NCBI GenBank assembly: GCA_030747505.1
Contig: JASLKQ010000004.1
Location: forward strand, 1 to 63,606
Source: Verrucomicrobiota bacterium
GTDB lineage: Bacteria > Verrucomicrobiota > Verrucomicrobiia > Limisphaerales > UBA1100
DNA: 63,606 nucleotides
Direction: 5' to 3'
Shown here: one piece after another, positions 35,229-42,663 of the stretch
Numbering within the stretch: position 1 is the first letter of the stretch
Layout of the letters: every line of letters begins with the position of its first letter
Program-made: the position numbers and the translations under genes
Notes under the pieces: model-generated
The model's database searches: none
What the model was told of the DNA's origin: nothing
Seen by the model: the letters and a program-made list of their open reading frames with translations, nothing else

Positions 35229-35660
35229 TTATCCCTTACCAATAGCAAGGGTTTGCATCGCCATCTGGCGCGCAGTACGAATGATGGCCAGATTCGCCTC
35301 AGTAGCACGTGAGGAACTGATCAAATCCGCCATTTCTTCGTGCACACTCACATTAGGAAATTCAACCATCCCTGATTCCGGATCCGCATCCGGATGTCCC
35401 GGCTGGTACACTAACCTCGGAGGACGACCATCCTTTTCAATACCAGCCACACGCACCTCGTGAACCGCATTACTGGCATCAAACTCGTTTTTAATAATGG
35501 TTTCAAAACTCACCACTTGCCGTTTATAGGGCCCACCTTCAGGAGTTTGCGTTGTATTGGCATTAGCGATATTTTGGGAAATAACTTCCATACGCACCTT
35601 CTCGGCTTGAATGGCAGAGGCAGCGCTGTCGGCTCCTGGCAGAATATTTAAATTCAACAT
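35229..35660 (-). CDS. flgC: Proximal rod protein FlgC
   Basis: It contains SQNIANANTTQTPEGGPYKRQ and the C-terminus ATEANLAIIRTARQMAMQTL. Confidence 0.95.
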   Translation of the reverse strand: MLNLNILPGADSAASAIQAEKVRMEVISQNIANANTTQTPEGGPYKRQVVSFETIIKNEFDASNAVHEVRVAGIEKDGRPPRLVYQPGHPDADPESGMVEFPNVSVHEEMADLISSSRATEANLAIIRTARQMAMQTLAIGKG

Positions 35661-35676
35661 GATATAATTTATTCCT

Positions 35677-36054
35677 TTAGCGGGTAGTAATAGCCGAACG
35701 TAGTTTGCTTAAAGTCCCTGTAATCATCTGGGTTTGCAGGTGATGGGCCACCATGTTCTTCTGCAAATAGGTCAATTCCTTCTCCAATTGCACAGAGTTT
35801 CCATCACGATTCTGGGCCACGGCAGTATCGTCCACCGAAATTGTCGGCTTAATTTTTTGCACTGATTTCACCGCTCCCCCTTCGATGGCACGACTCAGTT
35901 CAGAGGCAAATGCCGGTGACACATCAACCCGCTTGTAGTTGGGAGTTTCAATGTTCGCCAGATTGCTCGCAATGGCCTCCTGTCGCAGTACGGTGGCATC
36001 AAGCATCTTCTTAACGCCCTGATAATTCGCACTGGCAAACATTCCATCGATCAT
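35677..36054 (-). CDS. flgB: Proximal rod protein FlgB
   Basis: It contains the AIASNLANIETPNYKR motif. I chose the ATG at 36054 as the start. The track ORF extension is made of the sigma54 promoter sequence itself. Confidence 0.9.
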   Translation of the reverse strand: MIDGMFASANYQGVKKMLDATVLRQEAIASNLANIETPNYKRVDVSPAFASELSRAIEGGAVKSVQKIKPTISVDDTAVAQNRDGNSVQLEKELTYLQKNMVAHHLQTQMITGTLSKLRSAITTR

Positions 36055-36065
36055 GGCTCGCAAGC

Positions 36066-36081
36066 AGCAATCCTTGTGCCA
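36066..36081 (-). promoter_or_regulatory. sigma54 promoter of the flgB superoperon
   Basis: The minus strand reads TGGCAC-aagga-TTGCT, a full consensus match. Only 12 nt separate the -12 GC from the flgB ATG. Confidence 0.65.
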
Positions 36082-36280
36082 CCAATAGATCATTAATGGA
36101 TAAAAAGAAAAAAAACGCGAAATTTATCAAATTTTTCGGTTATTAGTGTATTTTTACCCTCATTTCCCTCCTTTCGAGTCGAGTATTTAGGGGGGGAATT
36201 TTTGCCCATCAACAAAACGACAAAAACCATATATTTCTAAAAAAATCTATTTTTTATGCAAATTCAATCAATCCTCATAT

Positions 36281-36296
36281 TGGCCCGGTATTTGCT
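36281..36296 (+). promoter_or_regulatory. sigma54-type promoter of the Sel1-protein/fliA/motAB unit
   Basis: The sequence is tggcccggtatttgct. It lies back to back with the flgB promoter, 200 bp away. The predicted TSS is about 50 nt before the ATG at 36357. Confidence 0.6.
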
Positions 36297-36356
36297 GCAG
36301 GAAGGATGACAAACCGTATTCTGCATTGAGCAGAACACCAAAAAAACAGAGAGATA

Positions 36357-39300
36357 ATGAAACTGCACCTGCGATTAGTAGTGCTGCTTGCCTTCGGGAT
36401 GCTTCCTGTAGCAAGCCTCTTGGCCGCCTCGTCAGATAATGCGAAGGCAGCCGGTCGTTATTGGGCTGAGCAATGGTTGGGTAAAGTGCGGGAAAAATAC
36501 AACCCAACCCAGCCGGTCAACCTCTTGGCTGGGGAAGGTCAATTCGATTATGAAATCCAACCCGACAAATCCAGCTATCAAAAACCACTTATCACTGGTC
36601 CTGTGGCATTACTGTTAAACCTTTCAGCAGCCATACCTTACCCTTCCAAAGATGAATTCGGTTTTTGGATCAAATATAGAGCTGACGATGCGATGAAGTC
36701 TCGTTACCGGAAGATTATGCAGGATTTGGTAGGCTATCACCAATCACTTGGCTATTCGCTCTCAAGCGCACACCGTGAGGCAGCAATTTTGTTCCACGCT
36801 AAAGCATCCATTTACTATCCGTTAGTTTATGGTGGTTCCCCGGACTTTAGTAAATTAAAACCGCACGAATCACGTAATCCTTACGGAAGCAGTACTCTCG
36901 CCAATTCTGCGGCTGACAATTACAATCTTGGGCTTATATGCCAGAAAGTGGGAAATTATGTGCAAGCCGCACAACTTTACCAGCAAGCCGCATCAACCGG
37001 ACACGCCAGTGCTCAAGCCAGTCTGGCATATTTACATGAGACGGGCACAGGCGTTTCGCGAAATGTGGAGAAGGCCCTAGAATTCTATACAAGAGCAGCA
37101 CGGCAAGGGCATGCTGTTGCTCAATATAATCTTGGCCGCATCTTTCAGAACGGTCTATCCGATGGAACAAAAGATATATCACCGAATGTCGAGCAGGCAG
37201 AATATTACCTCCAGCGAGCTGCAGCACACGGGATCATCAGTGCTCACCATCAACTGGGAATGCTCTACTATAATTTCGGTTTACAAATAGCTGCCAAGCC
37301 CCTCAAGAACGATGATTTGAAATCATGGGATACCAACAAGGATAATGTCATTTCGCCACAGGAAAACAGGTATCTTCGCGATGCCCATGACCATTTTTTG
37401 CTCGCTGCCCAAGGGGATCACGGCCCTGCCCTGCACGCTTTGGGGATCATGTATTTTCAGGGGCAAGGCGTACAGAGCAACCCAGAAAAAGCTGTTTACT
37501 GGCTAGAAAAAGCAGCCGCTTTTCCACAACCTGATTCGTATTACAACCTTGCCCAACTTTATGAAACCGGCCAGGGAACCGAAATCAATCTTCCTCGAGC
37601 CTTTATGCTGTATCAACAAGCTGCAGAAATGGGGCACGCACCTAGCCAATACAATATTGGCCTCTTCTATTATCAAGGCAGAAGGGCTGGCTCACTTATC
37701 AGCGTAAAAGTCACCAAAGAATTTGCTCTCCAGCATACCGGAAAACAGGTTATCGACAACATGGTTTCCCTCAACCCAAGGCAAAATGCAATACTGGCTC
37801 AAGCCTCTGCACTCTACAGGCCCAACGATCCGGACTCACCGATGCGTACGCTCGATATTTATGTAGACGAAGATAACGTGCAGTTCGTAATCCAAGTACT
37901 GCGTAAAATACTTCCCAAGGAAATCCACAACCTAAAACCAGTAATAATGCCCCTGGGAGAAGATGACCCAGTGCGAGCCAGTGCCTGGTGGATGCTGGCA
38001 GCTGCGCAAAAACAACCGGCGGCACAACAAGCTCTGGCACTCGTAAACAATGTCCTGACCCCCGAACAGGTCGCTGAAGCCAGAGGCACCGCTTCAACAA
38101 AAAGAAACGAAATAAACCGGCCACCACCACAAGTTCCAACAGGAAAACAGCCCAGCATTCAGATCGACTCTGTTGTCGATTGGGGGACTGGATTTTTCGT
38201 ATCTCGCGATGGGTATGTCGTTGCCGGAAAACATTTACTGCTGAGTGGAAATAAATTTGAAATCATTACCGAAAACGGCACATTCCCCGCTCAAGTTGTG
38301 CCTGTAAAAGGTGATTTAAACCATTATTTGCTGCTCAAAATTCAGGGCAATTATGATTTCCCGGTGCTTTCACTCGCCTCAAGTCACAGCACGCGCTTAA
38401 AAGATCCTGTACAGGCCATAGGCTATCAAATGCCTGGTCCCAATTCTAGTGGGCACCCTCGACCCGCCCAGGCCGAAACGCGTATCCGAGGAGTCCTTGG
38501 AGCCCAAGCAGACCCGCGATTTTTTTCTTTGGCCGATCCAGTGCTGGGCGATCAGTTACTCCTCCAGTTTGAGAAATACATGGATGATGATCGCACTCCT
38601 AACGCGGCGTTTGATAACACTCCCGAATCCAACGTTAAATTAGCAGCGTTGCAGGCCCTCACTCGGGACCGACTCCGAGGAGCACTCCGTGCCACTCATA
38701 TCCTTTTAGGTTCAGCAGACATGAGCGTGGGCTATGAACTAATAGCAGATGCTTGGTATGATAGCATCCATCATAAATGGCTCGGTAAAGAAGCTGATGA
38801 GCAAAAAAAACGGGCTCACTATTTCCCCACAGGCAGCTGGGTAACACTGGAGAATCCTAAAATCAAATCACCTCCACGAATCGGTGATACAAGAAACAAT
38901 CAAGCCCTGATACGATTGTCCATGATACCGGGCATGATTGCTAAAGGCTCTGAAGTGCAACGCTTCCACCAGCTAACTGAAAACATCCTTACTCGACCAA
39001 TACCCGGAAACCGACCGGAAACAGAACTGGAAAAAATTGTCCTAGATGCAAAATTTAGTGTAGTTGGGCGCATAAATGGTTTTCGAGGCGCAGCCCTAAT
39101 GAACGGTCAAGGCCAAGCAATTGGACTTTTTTTCCCGAGCAATCGGACCCGCTCCCCGGATGTCTTCCAGAATTTCAGTTCATATCACCGTTACATGCTG
39201 AAAAGCGACCAGTTGCTCGCGTTCCTAAACCAAGCTCCCAAGGTGGATTACCAAACCCAAAGGCCTGAAATACCCACGTTAGTTTCCACCGGGCCTGCCT

Positions 39301-39407
39301 CCTTAAAACCCGATGGCTACTTGCTGGCCAAAGCACAGGCATCTATGGTATTAGTTCAAGTATCGGGCGCCTCCGTGGAGGCAACCTCGAAGGGAGGCAC
39401 TAAATGA
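36357..39407 (+). CDS. Exported Sel1-like-repeat protein (1016 aa) with a C-terminal trypsin-like domain that lacks the catalytic serine
   Basis: The signal peptide is MKLHLRLVVLLAFGMLPVASLLAAS. Several Sel1 repeats are present (GHASAQASLAYLHETGTGVSRN, GHAVAQYNLGRIF, GDHGPALHALGIMYFQGQGV, GHAPSQYNIGLFYYQG). The protease-like region has GTGFFVSRDGYVVAGKHLL, but carries GFRGAAL where GxSGGPL is expected. Confidence 0.75.
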   Translation: MKLHLRLVVLLAFGMLPVASLLAASSDNAKAAGRYWAEQWLGKVREKYNPTQPVNLLAGEGQFDYEIQPDKSSYQKPLITGPVALLLNLSAAIPYPSKDEFGFWIKYRADDAMKSRYRKIMQDLVGYHQSLGYSLSSAHREAAILFHAKASIYYPLVYGGSPDFSKLKPHESRNPYGSSTLANSAADNYNLGLICQKVGNYVQAAQLYQQAASTGHASAQASLAYLHETGTGVSRNVEKALEFYTRAARQGHAVAQYNLGRIFQNGLSDGTKDISPNVEQAEYYLQRAAAHGIISAHHQLGMLYYNFGLQIAAKPLKNDDLKSWDTNKDNVISPQENRYLRDAHDHFLLAAQGDHGPALHALGIMYFQGQGVQSNPEKAVYWLEKAAAFPQPDSYYNLAQLYETGQGTEINLPRAFMLYQQAAEMGHAPSQYNIGLFYYQGRRAGSLISVKVTKEFALQHTGKQVIDNMVSLNPRQNAILAQASALYRPNDPDSPMRTLDIYVDEDNVQFVIQVLRKILPKEIHNLKPVIMPLGEDDPVRASAWWMLAAAQKQPAAQQALALVNNVLTPEQVAEARGTASTKRNEINRPPPQVPTGKQPSIQIDSVVDWGTGFFVSRDGYVVAGKHLLLSGNKFEIITENGTFPAQVVPVKGDLNHYLLLKIQGNYDFPVLSLASSHSTRLKDPVQAIGYQMPGPNSSGHPRPAQAETRIRGVLGAQADPRFFSLADPVLGDQLLLQFEKYMDDDRTPNAAFDNTPESNVKLAALQALTRDRLRGALRATHILLGSADMSVGYELIADAWYDSIHHKWLGKEADEQKKRAHYFPTGSWVTLENPKIKSPPRIGDTRNNQALIRLSMIPGMIAKGSEVQRFHQLTENILTRPIPGNRPETELEKIVLDAKFSVVGRINGFRGAALMNGQGQAIGLFFPSNRTRSPDVFQNFSSYHRYMLKSDQLLAFLNQAPKVDYQTQRPEIPTLVSTGPASLKPDGYLLAKAQASMVLVQVSGASVEATSKGGTK

Positions 39408-39697
39408 TAAAGTGGGGTACACTGGTTGCAGGATTAACCGGGTTTTTCACGGTTATGGTCGTGGGACTGTGCTTCGGAAAAACATGGAGTAACACCGTGA
39501 CAAGTGCCACGTTCGCGGCTCTAGCTTTCGGCTTGGCAGGACATTGGTGGATGATTCTGTGGATTCGCAGTATGGCATCAGCCCAAATAGAACAATCCGA
39601 ACTTGAAGCGATTGCCACTCAAAATGCTGCTGCAGCCAAGGCGGAACAAGAGTCTGAACTCAAAAAGGAGACCGAACTAAGTCCGGATATTGAATAA
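39404..39697 (+). CDS. Small two-TM membrane protein with a charged C-terminal tail
   Basis: It is 97 aa with hydrophobic segments LVAGLTGFFTVMVVGLCF and FAALAFGLAGHWWMILWI. Its start overlaps the upstream stop (ATGA) and its stop overlaps the fliA start (TAATG). Confidence 0.6.
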   Translation: MIKWGTLVAGLTGFFTVMVVGLCFGKTWSNTVTSATFAALAFGLAGHWWMILWIRSMASAQIEQSELEAIATQNAAAAKAEQESELKKETELSPDIE

Positions 39698-40512
39698 TGG
39701 CCCAAGCGACTGCCAATCCAGAACAGCAATCAGCCCGGCAGGGAAATCGGCCCGCGCAGACGCAGGCAGCACGCACCTATCAAAAGGTAAAGCTGACAGA
39801 GACAACAGAGGATGAGTTGCTGGTGACCTACGCTCCGGTGATTAGTCAGATGGTCTATCGGTTCGCCCCATTGGCGCGGGTAACAGTCGACGCGGATGAC
39901 CTAAAAAACATTGCTAGCTTATCCCTGATACAAGCCGCCCATGGATTTGATCCCACCGCAGGCATGTCTTTTGAAAGTTACGCCCGAATGCGAATACGCG
40001 GTGCAATTCTGGATGAAATTCGAAAATCCCAGCCACTTTCGCGCTCCGTGTATTCCCGCCGAAAGGAAATGGAGAACACCATTGAATCTTTGCGAATTGA
40101 ACTCAATCGTCAACCTGAAGAAACGGAGATCGCCTCCCATCTGGGGGTAACAGTCAACCAGTATCGCGCGTTATTAGACGAGCTGCGCCCGGTGATTTTT
40201 GTGCCGCTTCACCAGTTGATGGAAGGCGATGACGAGTTCTCATACGCTGACAGTCAGCACACAGCAGATGTTACGCAGGAAGACCCGGGCGAAATCACGG
40301 TTCGTCATGAACTACACGAACTCGTCCGCGAGCGCATCCAACAGTTGAACCGTCAACAACAGAAGGTACTCCTCCTGTTTTACTATGAAGGATTGCGCAT
40401 GAAAGATGTAGCAGAGTTAATGGAAATCAGTGAGTCGCGTGTGTGCCAGATCAATACTGAAGCGGTATTGTCACTGCGCAGCTTTATTAAAAAACAGGAA
40501 CGAAAAATTTAA
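39697..40512 (+). CDS. fliA: Flagellar sigma factor FliA (sigma28)
   Basis: It has sigma70-family regions 2-4. The region 4 HTH is MKDVAELMEISESRVCQINTEA. Its size and its position before motAB also fit. Confidence 0.9.
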   Translation: MAQATANPEQQSARQGNRPAQTQAARTYQKVKLTETTEDELLVTYAPVISQMVYRFAPLARVTVDADDLKNIASLSLIQAAHGFDPTAGMSFESYARMRIRGAILDEIRKSQPLSRSVYSRRKEMENTIESLRIELNRQPEETEIASHLGVTVNQYRALLDELRPVIFVPLHQLMEGDDEFSYADSQHTADVTQEDPGEITVRHELHELVRERIQQLNRQQQKVLLLFYYEGLRMKDVAELMEISESRVCQINTEAVLSLRSFIKKQERKI

Positions 40513-40530
40513 CCAACAGAAGGAGAATCA

Positions 40531-41415
40531 ATGTTAGTAATCATAGGTTTTATAGTCATATTTGGTGGAGTGTCCGTCGGATTTGCCATGGCTGCCGGCG
40601 GCCATGGTTCCATGAACTTTGGGGCCATTGGCGGTCTCTTCCACCTAAACGAGTTTATCGCCCTAGGTGGAATGACGTTCGGATGTATGATTGTGATGGC
40701 TCCCATGACCATACTCAAGGGCGTGATCAAACAAGGCTTGGGCACCCTGAAAGGGGCTCCTTTCACCCAGGCAGATTACGAGGAACTCTTCCAGTGTATG
40801 TACGAACTGTTTCAACTGGGAAGAAAGGGTGGCATGATTGCGCTTGAGGAACACGTTATGAATCCTGATGCAAGCGCACTATTCCAAAAGTACCCAAAAT
40901 TTCACGGCAACCATCATGCTGTTGAGTATATGGCAGATGGACTGAAGCCAATCGTCGATGGCCGAATTAAACCTGATCAACTTGAGCCACTCATGGCCCG
41001 CAGTCTACACACCATGGAAGATGAGCATCATAAACCAGTAGTGGTGATGACTAAAGTAGCTGACTCCCTCCCGGCCTTTGGGATTGTGGCGGCGGTATTG
41101 GGTATTATCGTGGTTATGATGTTCAAGATTGGTGGAGATACTGCGGTTGTTGGTCAAGGGATTGCAACAGCGTTGGCAGGTACGTTCTTCGGGATTTTTG
41201 GGTCGTATTGCGTAATCGGACCCATAGCAACAAACGCCGATTTCAACGGCCACGCGGAATTGACATACATGAAGGTCATCAAATCCTCGGTAATCAGCTT
41301 TGCCAACGGACTCCCTCCCTTAGTAGCGTGCGAAGTCGGCCGACGCGAATTGAGCGAGGATGTGCGCATGGGGTCGGGCGACCTTGAAACTTTACTTAAA
41401 TCCGGTGGCGGCTGA
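40531..41415 (+). CDS. motA: Flagellar stator protein MotA
   Basis: It has MotA/TolQ/ExbB channel-family architecture: two TM segments, a cytoplasmic loop, then two TM segments. An AAGGAG Shine-Dalgarno sequence is present. Confidence 0.9.
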   Translation: MLVIIGFIVIFGGVSVGFAMAAGGHGSMNFGAIGGLFHLNEFIALGGMTFGCMIVMAPMTILKGVIKQGLGTLKGAPFTQADYEELFQCMYELFQLGRKGGMIALEEHVMNPDASALFQKYPKFHGNHHAVEYMADGLKPIVDGRIKPDQLEPLMARSLHTMEDEHHKPVVVMTKVADSLPAFGIVAAVLGIIVVMMFKIGGDTAVVGQGIATALAGTFFGIFGSYCVIGPIATNADFNGHAELTYMKVIKSSVISFANGLPPLVACEVGRRELSEDVRMGSGDLETLLKSGGG

Positions 41416-41456
41416 TCCGGATAAACCAAACCCTCAAATAGGAGAATACTAGCACT

Positions 41457-42194
41457 ATGGCAGCAGGTGGAGGTGGAGCATGGAAAGTAGCTTACGCGGA
41501 TTTTGTTACCGCGATGATGGCTCTTTTTCTCGTCCTTTGGATTCTGAGTCAGGACGAAAAAATCAAAGGCAATGTGCAGCAACATTTCCGAACCCGATTC
41601 AAGTCTGTCACAAAGCAGTCTGTCGGTATTATTCCAATTGAAAATGCCGATCTAATCCGCGCCAAACGTGCCCACTTTGACAATGCCTCTGCCATCCCGC
41701 TGGAACATGTACGGAGACTAAACGATGACTTGGTCCGGGCATTTGTACAGAATCCAAATTACATCGATATGAAAACTCTCCGGGTCAAAATGACCGATGA
41801 AGGCTTATTGATTGAGTTTTTCAACGATCCAAGCCGCCGGCTTTTCAAGGAAGGTGCTTCAGAAATGACGGAATATGGGCGAGTACTATTTCAAATTGTT
41901 GCCTGGACACTAGCCAAGCATGACAGCCGAAAATCAACCCTGATCGAAGTTGAAGGACACACCAATAAAGCCTTTAAAGGGCGGCAAAAAAATGAAGACC
42001 AATGGACTGTTTCTACAGCACGAGCTCTAACGGTACGCAAGTTTATGTCCGAGGAAGGGGTAAAACCCCAACAATTTCACAAGGTTACAGGATATGGTAA
42101 CCGGCGACCACTTAAAGATCAGCTCAACAACCTTGATCATCCATACCACAACCGGGTAAGCATCATGGTTAAACCAGGTCAGGTGGAGGGTTGA
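41457..42194 (+). CDS. motB: Flagellar stator protein MotB
   Basis: It contains WKVAYADFVTAMMALFLVLW with the conserved Asp, and an OmpA-like C-terminal domain (EVEGHTN...STARALTVRKFM). Confidence 0.9.
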   Translation: MAAGGGGAWKVAYADFVTAMMALFLVLWILSQDEKIKGNVQQHFRTRFKSVTKQSVGIIPIENADLIRAKRAHFDNASAIPLEHVRRLNDDLVRAFVQNPNYIDMKTLRVKMTDEGLLIEFFNDPSRRLFKEGASEMTEYGRVLFQIVAWTLAKHDSRKSTLIEVEGHTNKAFKGRQKNEDQWTVSTARALTVRKFMSEEGVKPQQFHKVTGYGNRRPLKDQLNNLDHPYHNRVSIMVKPGQVEG

Positions 42195-42198
42195 GAAA

Positions 42199-42597
42199 AT
42201 GAACTCTGACGGATTCATTCCCTTGGGGGACGAAATAAAGGCTCCCGATAACCGGCAATTTGTGAGTCACGGAAACACAATGCCAGAACCGGGAAATGAT
42301 GAGCCGAGCACTCCCGCTGTGACCCCCGCCGAAAAGCACGATCTTGAGACCCGGCTCAGGCAGATTCTAGAGAGTCAAATTTCAGGCAACACCCTAGAAG
42401 AAATTGTGGGCTCAATCAAATCAACCATTGAAAATACTCCAACCCGGGTAGCGCTACCTGAAATCAAATTACATCCATTGGATGCCCCCCCAGAAGGGCA
42501 GCCAACCATCGCATTTGAACGCGATGGAGACACCGTAAAAAGCGTGCAAGTCACTTGTTCCTGCGGCCAGTCAATTCACATGGACTGCGTCTACTAA
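42199..42597 (+). CDS. Hypothetical protein (132 aa) following motB
   Basis: The ORF is tightly packed after motB. The N-terminal half is acidic and Pro-rich. The C-terminus is SVQVTCSCGQSIHMDCVY. I recognise no family. Confidence 0.5.
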   Translation: MNSDGFIPLGDEIKAPDNRQFVSHGNTMPEPGNDEPSTPAVTPAEKHDLETRLRQILESQISGNTLEEIVGSIKSTIENTPTRVALPEIKLHPLDAPPEGQPTIAFERDGDTVKSVQVTCSCGQSIHMDCVY

Positions 42598-42606
42598 TCC
42601 GTTTTC

Positions 42607-42622
42607 TGGCATTTATCCTGCT
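42607..42622 (+). promoter_or_regulatory. sigma54-type promoter in front of fliD
   Basis: The sequence tggcatttatcctgct has GG and GC in consensus spacing. The predicted TSS is about 31 nt before the fliD ATG. Confidence 0.55.
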
Positions 42623-42663
42623 GTGTACAGTCGGGGTCATCTGACGTAGCCCCGCAGACAGGT

